Of a DNA stretch of 40,208 bases, positions 13,461-24,131 are shown piece by piece (position 1 is the stretch's first letter; each line of letters opens with the position of its first letter). The notes beneath the pieces were generated by a model that was given only the letters and a program-made list of their open reading frames with translations, did not search any database and had not been told where the DNA came from. Origin of the DNA: Nemertoderma westbladi (taxonomy: Eukaryota; Animalia; Xenacoelomorpha); the NCBI GenBank assembly GCA_032718475.1, contig JAUCBJ010005339.1, positions 1 through 40,208 on the forward strand. The letters are read 5' to 3'. The position numbers were made by a program, and so were the translations under genes.

Positions 13461-14658
13461 CAGTGCCGGATTAAGCCTCAAACATTTAGTAATCTCCAAA
13501 AATGGCCCGAAAATTGATATATTTCCGCAAACCCTTTGAAAAGAAAAAGCTGCTAAAAACTGTGAAAATGTTGTAAAGAAAAAATATTCGTTGGATACTG
13601 CGTGCAAATAAGTACGAAGTACAGTACTTTAATAATAAGTACTTTGCAAAAATAGTTTTCATCAAGAATTGTAACATTACTAAACGGCATATTATTATGC
13701 CTATAAAACCTTTATTTGCTATAAAAAGAGTAATGGTTTTGGTAGAATTTCTCACGCTTTAATTTTTAATATATTAATGGGACCATTACCCCAAATCTAT
13801 TTGTTTTATTTATAAAGCTACTATTCTGAAACTTTAACACAATGATCTGTTATCTTTTATATACTATGAAAACTGAGTATAGATAGCTTCATAAACCGTT
13901 TGTTTGAAAAATATGGCACTTTTTGAGTAGGTCGGTTTTTTTCAAAAATGGTATAAATTTTGAGGCATTTATATGTAAATTAGCTCATATTTAAGGATCT
14001 GTAAAACCACCTGCATTGAAGTTCTTGGTCCAAGACTTTGGTAAAATGGACCTAGATATGTAGGTTATCTAGGGAATCAAATATTTTGTATAATAGATAA
14101 TAGACAAAGGGTAGCAGTTAGTTTTTTTTTTATCACAACTATTTTATCTACAACTAATTTATCCTTTTATTTATTTATTAGGGCCTATATTTATAAAACT
14201 AGTTTCCGGTAAATAAAATGAATTTCGCACTACTGTACCATATCTCCACGCCATACATTTACTATGTACAGTATTTCCAGTATATCACCACGTCAGTATT
14301 TGGTTGTTCTATAAACTATAAAGTTTAAAAATTCCCCACAAATAAATAAAATTAAATTCTCTGTTCATAATTAGCACTTCAAAGTTTTACTGCCCATGTT
14401 TTATTATTTTCCTGCCATCAGGTCTCGAACTAATAACAGAGCACCTGTTGGTCGACTGAGCTAGAATTTTGCACTTTCTATCACAAATTTAGGGATAGAA
14501 AGTAGTCGAAAGATGCACTTTCTTGCTCTGTTTTCTACAAATTTTGGTGAGAGAAAATGTGGACTTTTCAGATAAAAATAATTTTTTTCACATGAATGAC
14601 TCGCTGAGAAAAAATGGCCCGAATTTTCGGTTAATAATTTAAGGTTAATCCAGTACTG
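13461..14658. mobile_element. Non-autonomous hAT-like DNA transposon (~1.2 kb)
   Basis: Left end CAGTGCCGGATTAA versus right-end reverse complement CAGTACTGGATTAA (12/14). 8-bp flanks TCTGTATT (13453-13460) and TATGTATT (14659-14666) match 7/8. AAAAATGGCCCGAA occurs near both ends. No transposase ORF. Confidence 0.7.
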
Positions 14659-14766
14659 TATGTATTAATCCAAAGCTGTAAAAGCAAAATGGCGCCCTTA
14701 TTAGAGTTCATTGCCACCAACCACCCTTAATGTACTAAAATAATCTCCACCTATTATCATTGCACA

Positions 14767-14955
14767 TTAAACTGCTAACTGGCAGTTAAATTCTTTAACT
14801 GCATCAAACTACATGTAAACAACAAAACCTTCCTTTTATTAATATGTATATGTAGTTAATTCAATCTGTAAAAGAGTTTTGAATAACTTCGACCAAAACT
14901 ACGTTTTTAAATGAAATTTTAAAAAAATTGAAACAAATATTAATTAAAACAAAAT
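14767..14955 (+). repeat. ~190-bp direct repeat, copy 1 (copy 2 at 18085-18279)
   Basis: TTAAACTG(C/T)TAACTGGCAGTTAAATTC...GAAACAAATATTAATTAAAACAAAAT is present in both places with scattered differences. Confidence 0.85.
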
Positions 14956-15339
14956 TGATGTGTAATGCCTTCGGGGATGTGCATGTCATTTAAGATGAGT
15001 AGGCTATCCTTTCCGGGATGAGTAGGCCTACTGTATAATACAGTTATACTTGCAAGAAAGGTATGTTTCCTTTCTGAAATGATTATACCTTTCCGAGGTG
15101 ACGGATGTGAAGGTAAAATGGTAAAAGGTAAAATACTATCTCATTGGTTCTCGAATATGGGCTCTAATGGCGAATAAGAAATTGTATGCACTCAAAAATT
15201 GGTCTAATCATGGAATACTAAAAATACACGGAACCAGATAGATGTCCGATTTCACGAGTCATTCTTTTTATTGCTTTAATCTATTGTACTCGATGCATGA
15301 ATAAAAATTTTGAAAAAAAAATTGGTGGTCATCGATCTC

Positions 15340-15353
15340 GTTGCCATGGCAAC
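15340..15353. promoter_or_regulatory. RFX X-box-like palindrome GTTGCCATGGCAAC inside the left TIR
   Basis: Perfect 14-bp palindrome matching the RFX consensus; a one-mismatch copy lies in the right TIR at ~17709-17722. Function untested. Confidence 0.45.
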
Positions 15354-15614
15354 AGAGATTAAATTGTTGCGTGCATCACTATCTAAATCGCTATATCGTC
15401 AACACTACTTGGCTAAGTAATTCCATAGTAACTGTGATAGAACGCATTACTGTAGTTCTAGAAGGCCTTGGTTGTACAATACAATTTCACAAGGTTAAAC
15501 GACACGACAGTGCGAAATCAGATTAGAACATACAGTACTGTATACCACACCTCTATAGCTAAGGTTAAAACACACCTTGTCCTACCTACAGTACAGTATA
15601 TAAATTAATAACGA

Positions 15615-16827
15615 ATGCCTCGTGTTTGTTGTGTACCTAATTGTGGGGTGAGGGCCGGGCCTAGTGCTACGGTATACTGTATACCCAAGGACAAGTCAAC
15701 TAGGGACAAGTGGCTTAAAGCAGTGAGAAAGCCAGGGGTGTTTTCCTGCGACAGTTTTGGTGTCTGTTGCAGACATTTTTCACAAAGCGACTTCATTGCT
15801 AAGCCATTTAAAAAAAAAGAGCTGATAGATTCCGCTGTGCCATCATTATGTCTACCAGGATCAGAGAAGAGTGAAACAACACTTTCTAAACGTGCTAACT
15901 TCTATGGTAGACGCAAAAAACCAACAAACCGGATAACACCGACAAAGGACTTTGATATGGACCAAGAGTCAAAATTTAGAGACTTGGATCAACTGGTGGG
16001 TGTGACGTGACAGTTACTTACAAAAAGTATTTCAGTACCTATTTTAAGTACGCTAAGGCAAGCCTTAGTGTACTGGTATCATTAGGCAACGGTGTCTGTC
16101 TGGTTAATTTTTGAGAGCCTTCAGCTCGGCTGCTATTGATGCTTATTCAATTCAATTCAATTCAATGTAATCGTTTGTAAGTTGTACCATCTGTCTCGGA
16201 TCAATGCACCAGTCTGCCACTAGGGGGCGCTAACGATCTGAATGTTTTTCTTAATATGGAATTTTAAAAAATTTGGCATGCTGCTTACTAGTATACTGTA
16301 GTATACTGCTTACTAGTAATCGTTCTTATTCTCCACGGTCTGTCTGCGGGGTGAGCCTGTCTGTCTGTCTACGCGTTTGAAACCTTGATAGAGTATATAT
16401 AGAGTATATAGAATATAGACCAATATTTCTCATTTTGCAGACTTGGGATGCTCAAGCTATAAACAAATGGTTTAGAGAGGATGATGTGTTTAACAATCGG
16501 AATGTAAGCATATTTTGCTATGGCAAAGAAGGAGCTATGTGTATTTCGGAAACATTCCCAGAGGCACCTGAATGTAGCTACATAATCAATGTATCGCATG
16601 ATGTCTTTGATGTTTACCGTAATGGGAGTACAATTCCATTATCAAATTTCAGTTTTTTGGATAGAAGGCTCTGCGGATTTGAAAAAGTTAAATGCAAGAG
16701 TGTGTTATACAGACTGATGAATGAAATAAAAAACTACCAAGATCCAAAGTATGATAACGAAATCATCCGCTTCCAAGGTCCGCTTCCGCTTCTAAATATA
16801 GACAAATGTCTGGTGGCCGGTTTCTAA
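15615..16827 (+). CDS. THAP zinc-finger protein (truncated P-type transposase N-terminus), spliced 15615-15995 + 16441-16827, 255 aa
   Basis: THAP signature CCVPNC...P...W...VCCRHF...AVPS. Phase-0 donor CTG|GTGGGT at 15996 and polypyrimidine acceptor TTTCTCATTTTGCAG ending at 16440 join the two ORFs in frame. Confidence 0.8.
16215..16232 (+). promoter_or_regulatory. CTCF consensus-like site in the transposon intron
   Basis: TGCCACTAGGGGGCGCTA matches the CTCF core CCACYAGRGGGCGC and is GC-rich in an AT-rich intron. Confidence 0.5.
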
Positions 16828-17531
16828 TTGCTCTTCGAGACGCTCTAAACTCCAATAAAATTTTATCAATACGACTAATCATAGATGAAGACCTCGAAGT
16901 ATCCGACTTTCTGTTGAAGAAAGATTTCCACAATGAAGCCGCGTTGTTATTCGATGAAGTGTCTGAAATTGTGGATGAAGGTGAGTTTCGTTGTCTAACT
17001 GTCAATGAAGAATCTCTAGATATTGTTGAATACATCTCAGGATGGATTGCGAAAACAGTAGGGGTCAACTGCCTACACTGTAATTTAAACGGTACAAATG
17101 ACATCATTAGCGATTCTAAAAGAAGTGGGTCTACATCTAATGAGTCATCTTGCCACTTTCTACATGATATAAATCGCGGTGGTTTAACCATTCCACATCA
17201 AAATCTTGTCAACTTCGTTTGTAATTGCCTCGGTAACCTAGAACTAGCATATAAATTCCTGCAAAAAAATATTAAAGATGACAAATTCATATCACCCGAA
17301 GTTCTCTTTCAGTACCTACAAATGCTTCCAGTAGATTCTTTGCATACAAGATCAATAATTTGCGATATTCACTCCAGTCATTCCTCGAAATTTTTACGCA
17401 AAATTATCAACGTGTTTCTGAAGGCACAGAGAAATCACTTGGCTGAGCTAATAGCTGAGAAAGAAAGCTACAAGACTGGGTTGGACGGTTTTAAGGCGCC
17501 TCAGAGAAACAATGGAAGGAAATTGATCTGA
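16791..17531 (+). pseudogene. C-terminal part of a P-type transposase, out of frame with the THAP exons
   Basis: SKYRQMSGG resembles the segment just after the catalytic Glu of P/THAP9 transposases; YISGWIAK..CxxC..RGGLTIP resembles the P-transposase C-terminal domain. The catalytic core is missing. ORF 16806-17531 is open. Confidence 0.75.
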
Positions 17532-18084
17532 AGCGCCGGTTGGAGGAATAAGAAAAATAATGCTGGGTTACAGAGCAGATCAGGCAACTTATTGATGAAA
17601 CGGAAGCTATAGTGTATATCGCTTTAACCTTTGAACAAATTTGGAAGCAATATTTACTGTATTTTCACTCATCGTAGTTGAAATAAAGGCAAAAAATGAA
17701 AAATGTCTGCTGCCATGGCAACGAGATCGATGACCACCAATTTTTTTTTCAAAATTTTTATTCATGCATCGAGTACAATAGATTAAAGCAATAAAAAGAA
17801 TGACTCGTGAAATCGGACATCTATCTGGTTCCGTGTATATTTAGTATTCCATGGTCTAATTGTCAGTGGCTCTTGAGGGACGTAGGTCCTACTAAAGCCA
17901 TTTTCGTCACTTGGTTGCTATTCACTACTGTAGGCTACAAATTAATAATTTTTATGTTAATAATTTAAATTGATTATCACCACATTTAAGTGTTGTTGGG
18001 AGAGGGGAGGGGGGGGGGGGGTGCAATTATGAAGCACGTTTTTAATGTTTTAATAGAAGTTGTAGATGTCAAGATATGCAGTAG

Positions 18085-18279
18085 TTAAACTGTTAACTGG
18101 CAGTTAAATTCATTAACTGCATCAAACAGCATCATCAAACTACATGTAAACAGAAAAACCTTCTTTTATTAATATGTATGTAGTTTAAATCTATGAAAGA
18201 ATTTTGAATAACTTTGACCAAAACTAAGTTTTTAAATTAAATTAAAAAAAATTGAAACAAATATTAATTAAAACAAAAT
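18085..18279 (+). repeat. ~190-bp direct repeat, copy 2
   Basis: Matches 14767-14955, with a small internal CATCAAAC duplication. Confidence 0.85.
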
Positions 18280-18914
18280 AACACTGAAAACGTTATTAAT
18301 TATCAAGTGAGAGACAATTTAATAAGAAAATGATAAGCAATTCAATACAAACCAAACATGGGTTCCATTGTAAGTGGCTTCGCTAGGATATATGTACCCC
18401 TAGAGCCATGTATCACCAAATGCAATCCTTACTGTGTCCCCCATAGAGCCACCATGGCTTTCAAAGGACATGTCACTCAAAAGCCAAAAATGTCCCTCTA
18501 AAGCCTATGTTGTATATAATCGTGTCCCTTAATATCCAAACGCAAATATAGAAAAATGGCTTTGGATTGACATGTTATATGTATATATATATATTTAATT
18601 TGAAAACTAGGCTGAAGTGAAGAAAGATAATTTGAGATGCAGGAACTCCTGGTAATATAAATACTTAATTCATTAATTTATTATTTGTAAAATATATCCA
18701 ATAAATCAGATATTAATAATGATAATAAATAGAGCCATATACAATATGTTCTAGCGGCCGGTATGGCAGTAATAAATGAAACCTGTAAAAGTTGCTAACT
18801 ATTATAGATAACACTAATTATGTTAGTTACGGGCAGACCGCAATATAAGGAGACAATACTAAAACAATACTGTTAGAAACCGTCGATTGGAAACATTCAA
18901 ATAAAGTAAATAAA

Positions 18915-18984
18915 AGTAGCCAATGACAAGAGGGTTCATAGAGTACAAGTAGCCAATGACAAGATGGTTCATAGAGTAAGCCAA
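18915..18984 (+). repeat. 33-bp tandem duplication
   Basis: AGTAGCCAATGACAAGA(G/T)GGTTCATAGAGTA occurs twice. Confidence 0.8.
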
Positions 18985-19019
18985 CACACTACCGTTGTAT
19001 TTGTATGGTAAAACACTAA

Positions 19020-20336
19020 GGCCCGGTTTCTCAAAACTCACTTAACTTAAATTGGGCACTTAAAGTGTTTTGTTTCTCAAAAGTGCCCCCTTAAATTTTT
19101 GCAGTTTCTCAAAAGTTAAATGGCCATTTAAAGTTTCACATTTAAGGGATAACTTAAGTAACCCTGGGAGGTGCCTTATCATTCCACATAAGTGTTAAAG
19201 TAAACAAAAAAACCGCAGTTTGCTTTGTAGCGGTAATGTCATGGCTGTTAAGTTCCATTAGTTATACATGCATTGACGAAAATCGAGAGTCACAACAAAA
19301 TCAAACCCAATCAACTACAAATCAGATAGTAGCGCATATTGGCCCTCAAGCTCCGCAAATAATGTATAGTTTATTGCTTTGGTTAGAAAACACCGTCACT
19401 GTAACCTGCTCCTTAATGTTTTTAATTAAAGTAAATTAAATTTTCAAACCCTCTAATATGTATTTTGTGTTTGCGGTCATTTTGCGCCATTGACTCCTAC
19501 CCGGTACAAGTATATAACGATACTGAAATTTCTCAAAATGACTCAAATGTAAGCAGTGGCTCAGTTCTACTGAGCCACTTACAGGGCATTTTAAATCGTC
19601 TGTAAAATATTGGAAAGAGACCCGTAGATCGCATTTTCAATTTTTTTACTAGCCATTTTTTTATGCAGATTTTCGCATAATTGATGTTCTAGAACATCCC
19701 GCGGCAAAAATATAATATATTTTTTATGTTAGCTATTATTATTGGTCTAGCTAGCTAAAATTATTTTACTGAACTAGTGGGGAGGGGTACCGGTACCGAA
19801 CTAGTGGACGGGCGGGATTAAGGGACCAGTGCTCAGACGGGTGAGTACAAAAGAAAGACCCAATTATAAAGACCTGCATAATCTTGTAACATGTGTCAAC
19901 TTTCGTTTATTGTTTTGGTTCCACAATACGCCTCTGCAACATGGTCCTTTACTTACCTGCTCCTTTAAATGGCAATGGGACCTAAAGTTCTTTGGGACCT
20001 AACGCTTTTTGGGACCTAACGCTCTTTGGGACCTAACGCGAATTTACCTCTTTGTTTTGTACAGAACGGGCACTAAAGTCTTATCTGTTTGTTTTGTACT
20101 CACACGTGCGCATACGTAATAAAAATAAATTAAATTGATCTTCCATTCACATATGATCATATTTAACTGATTGAACTGTTAGCTACCGGTAACTACTGAA
20201 CTAACCATTCAGTTTAGGATAAATTTCACTTTAAATTATTAAAGTGGCCACTTAGTTAAGATAAAGTTAGTCACTTAGTTAGGCCACTTAGTGGCCATTT
20301 TAGGATAAGTGAGCACTTAGTTTGAGAAACCGGGCC
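19020..20336. mobile_element. PIF/Harbinger-like non-autonomous element (~1.3 kb)
   Basis: Perfect 16-bp TIR GGCCCGGTTTCTCAAA / TTTGAGAAACCGGGCC. Flanks TAA and TAT (TWA-type TSD with one mismatch). CACTTA-rich subterminal repeats. Confidence 0.75.
19976..20039 (+). repeat. 17-bp minisatellite, 4 copies
   Basis: TGGGACCTAACGCTCTT-like units inside the Harbinger-like element. Confidence 0.8.
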
Positions 20337-20559
20337 TATATCTCTAAAATAAGTGTTTCGAAAAAAATTGAAAATACTCAATCCAACTTGGCATGATCTG
20401 ATAAGTCAAGATCAGGTAATTTATATATCACTGGGAAGGAAAAGGAAAACCGTGGAATTAATTAATTATCAGGTAAAATGGTGGAACTCAATCAATAGTT
20501 TCCTCTTTTGTGTACTCCACACTGGGCTCTAACTGCTCAACAAGTATAAATCACTGGGT

Positions 20560-20730
20560 TCATTATGTCAAGTACATTGTACACATCTCGAAACAGACAC
20601 TATATAATATTGGAGGTGTCTCATTGCTCCCCCATTAACTAGACACTTGAACAGAGCCGCCTCATATTTGCAGGATATTGCTTTCACCGTGAGCGCAGTG
20701 AGTGCACGTATTTCACCCTTTACTTATATT
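20560..20730 (+). pseudogene. Highly degenerate RTE-like LINE 3' fragment
   Basis: Translates to RLIFAGYCFHRE, resembling the RRLxxAGHC motif; similar to 21740-21885. Confidence 0.4.
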
Positions 20731-21219
20731 TACCCAATCAAACATCAAACCAAATCATAATACTACTAAGATTCCAAGGATTTGGAACGACTGGAAGTCC
20801 AACAGAATTCGTCGTAAACTTAAACTTCTAAATTTCTGATACGTTATTTTACAAGCTGGTACACATGTGGTGTTTTCAAATGCAGTTAATTTAAGTTATT
20901 TAAGATTATTTCAATTGCCTTTCATAACTATCTAACTCCCTAACCCCCCTGATGTCGAATTATCCATTAAAACATGAAACTCAATGTAAAATATGAAATA
21001 TTATTGTTTATATTCTATAAGGAAATATAAACCAGAACAGCAAACATACATCCGCCTCTATATAAAACAAACGACAACTGCCTATAATATTGTATATTGT
21101 GCAAAGTTGGTTGGGAATGTGTACTTTGACCTAAAGTAATGAGGTTAGTTTGTAATATGGAGTGTTATCGGACTCTCGATTTCCATTGAGCTGATTGGGT
21201 AGGAAGATCTCAACCTTCA

Positions 21220-21900
21220 AGTAGCCGTAGTGGTGGGTCCCCGGCAGAACATCTAACTGATCTTGACTTTGCTGATGATCTTGGTTTACTGTCAGAGACA
21301 TTGGAGGAAGTATAGAGAGTTGTTATCTATGTATCTTAGAGGGGGCTGCATACATTGTTGGCCTCTTAGTGGATAGCACAATGCACAAAGACCAAAATCA
21401 TGACAGCAAACATGCGGACTCAGACCAGCAGAAAATCGATCGTGATTACATTAAGACATGTGTAGTAAGGTGTAGGTAAGACATGTGAAGGACTTCTGCT
21501 ACCTTGGATCATCGGGTTCGGAGGTCTGGTGAAGAGTCTTTCGCAGAAGGAAAGCCGTGTCTGCCGTCCACAAGCTATCCATGATCTGGAAGAGTTGTGA
21601 TATCTGAGGCTCTTTAAATGTACTCCTTTTCCATGCAACAGTACGGAGCCTTTGCTTCTCTTTGGCAGCCCTTCTGTTCTCTAACTCATGAAGACACCAG
21701 GTCTCTGCATGGTAAATATACCAGGATGCGAGACAGGATGCACAACATTACCTATTATACACACATAAGCATGAGGTGTTACACAGTAGGCCTAGACAGT
21801 ACAGCTACGGTAACATCTCATTACCTAGTATCACACTGCAGAGACGCCGCCTGAAGCTTGCTGGGCAATGTTTTCTCCGGCCGGACAGACCCTTTTGCTG
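21220..21900 (+). pseudogene. Degenerate 5'-truncated RTE-like LINE (reverse transcriptase C-terminal half)
   Basis: AEHLTDLDFADDLGLLSETLEE at 21244+, LHGKYTRMR..NITY..HIS, and RRRLKLAGQCF at 21842+, with stops and frameshifts. Confidence 0.75.
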
Positions 21901-22395
21901 TGGCAGTCTCCAGTCTTGAGAATAGGGATGATATTTCTAGGTCCACCAAGTCTACACCTTAATAAAGCCGATCATATCGCATAAAGTGAGTTAATGACGC
22001 AAAATTACCGCATACACCAACTATGTGTTTAGTGGATTTAAAAATTTAATTTAAATTAATATTAAAATTTTCCCATTTAAAACATTCAAGGGAAGAAGAA
22101 GGTTACAGTGGGTTGAAGATTGTTTATTGTTTTGGTTAGAAAAACGGTTACAATGAATACAGTCTTTCTAACCAAAACATTTATCAAAAGTTTATTTCAC
22201 AGCGACCAATTCAAATTGTGCTGGTGATTAGTTTTTCCATTTACGGTCATTTACCATCCATTCACAATAACTTATAACTACTGTATTTACATCATTTTTT
22301 TAGACATTTATGTGCTTGTAGGCCTACAATATTAGGAGATTACAATACTTAGAGATGGAGGCGTTATCCATAGTGTATTCTTATACATTCGCAGG

Positions 22396-24131
22396 TCAAC
22401 AATGACGTCCGCATTTGAATGAGTTACTCCCCCAAGAACGGTAACCCGCGTCCCATTCCTCTATCTCGTGCTCATAACAACCTGGCTTGACACCGGCCCC
22501 AACTATAGTTCGATGGCACTCCCATTCAAATATAACGTTCTGTATAATAAAAACAAACAAACATCCAATTTAATACAGTATTTAGTAGGCTTATCGTATG
22601 TACAGTACTGTACATTCAATATGTACAAATAAAATGTTTAATAAATACAAATAACATTATTATGGCATACATTTAGTATTAATATTCAATGCTTTTTTTC
22701 TCTATGTATTTATTTTCTCACTGATATTTTTCTCAATGTCTTTATTTTCTCAATGATTTTTTTACAATGACTTTATTTTCTCGATGTTTTTTTCCTCAAT
22801 ATTTGATTTGCCGTACTATTTTTTCTCAATATCTGATTGGTGAAATCTAAAATAATTTTTCTCTAAATGTTTTTTTCTTAATGTATATATTTTCTCAATG
22901 TTTTTCCTCATTGTACTGTATTTATTTTGTCAAAGTTATTTTTCTCAAATGTATTTAATATGTCAATGTTTTTTTCTCAATATCTGATTGGCCCAATCGC
23001 GTATTTTTATCTCAATATCTGATTGGCGGAGCCTTGCTTTTTTTTGTTCAATATCTGATTGGCTAAACCGTGAATTTTTTTTCGATATCTGATTGACTAA
23101 TCCGTGTATTTTTTTCTCAATATCTGATTGGCCGAGCCCTGCCTTTTTTTCTCAATATCTGATTGGCTAAACCGTGAATTTTTTCTCAATATCTGATTAG
23201 TCGCACCTCCAGCTGTCATATTTTAGGTCCCTCTCACGCCTGTGCCGTACTACTGATAGCCTATGGCATAGGGTAAATCGCTAGCACATACAGTAGTGCA
23301 GTAGTGTAAGCTAGTAATGTAAGGACTGTCAGACTGACAGATTGTAGCCTACTGGTACCGGTAGCTTGCTATCAGCACAGCAGTGATCAGACTATGTGGG
23401 TTGTATGCGGATTACAGTACTATATCATTAAACGAAAGGGTAAGCGAATAACAAACAGAGGGGTCTTCTGGTAAAATATGTAGAGAGAGATGGCAGAAGA
23501 ACCTAAATGCTGACAGGGGGAGGTGCGATCAAAAAAACATTGCGAAGTTAAATACATGGAGAAAAAAATCATTAAGAAAATAAATATATTGACGAAAAAA
23601 CAATAAGAAAATAAATACATTGAGAAAAAAAAACAAAGAGAAAAAAATTATTTTAGATTTGACCAATCAGATATTGAGAAAAAAGGCATGGCCAATCAAA
23701 ATATTACGAAAGAAAAACATTAAGAAAATAAATACATTGAAGAAAAACCATTGGATATTAATACTAATGCCATAAATTATACTCATTATAATTATTTTTT
23801 TAGTAGGTCTACATACATAGGGGTAAACAGGGGGGTGGGGGGGGGGGGGGGGGGAATTATTCAGTATGATAAACCGATAAACGCTATATCACTCTTTTTA
23901 TCTTAAAACGTTGGACTTAAATCGTATTGGCAACGTCTTACTAACAGTCGAGCAGCATGGCGTACAAGTTTCAGTCCTGCACCAACTTGCATCAAAATTA
24001 TCTTCATGTCGTCTCTCCAAGAACCCATCAGCGACAGACTTGTCAACATCATGGAGAGGAACTTTTCCACCCACGGTCATCCAGATGTTTAACATAACGA
24101 CAGATAATAGGCCTATCAACTTTAAGTACAT
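22396..24131 (-). CDS. Two-exon secreted Cys-rich prepropeptide with a Gla-like motif, 109 aa; exons 24131-23946 and 22539-22396
   Basis: AAAATG start, hydrophobic signal MYLKLIGLLSVVMLNIWMTVGG, propeptide ending ADGFLERR. Phase-0 donor ACT|GTTAGT and acceptor TTTGTTTGTTTTTATTATACAG|. Exon 2 reads NVIFEWECHRTIVGAGVKPGCYEHEIEEWDAGYRSWGSNSFKCGRHC*. AATAAA on the minus strand at 22191-22196. Confidence 0.75.
22661..23774. mobile_element. IS3EU-like non-autonomous foldback element with long repeat-built TIRs, inside the peptide-gene intron
   Basis: Termini TATGGCAT...ATGCCATA; 6-bp flanks CATTAT and AATTAT. Arms built from TTTTCTCAATG and TTTTTCTCAATATCTGATTGG units inverted between arms. Inner IR TCGCACCTCCAGCTGTCA (23201) versus TGACAGGGGGAGGTGCGA (23511). 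Confidence 0.65.

Larger units (their letters stand above)
15209..17853 (+). mobile_element. P-superfamily (P/Galileo/THAP9-like) DNA transposon, internally deleted
   Basis: Termini CATGG...CCATG. TIRs of ~152 bp (15209-15360 and 17702-17853) with about 3 mismatches. Perfect 7-bp TSD GTCTAAT (15202-15208 and 17854-17860). Contains a THAP domain and the P-transposase C-terminus. Confidence 0.92.

Noticed and set aside
13256-13755. Two short minus-strand ORFs next to the satellite
   Set aside because: Non-ATG starts, AT-rich and without motifs; one lies within the hAT-like element.
15615-16010. Stand-alone host THAP transcription factor gene
   Set aside because: It lies between near-identical TIRs with a TSD and is followed by transposase C-terminal sequence.
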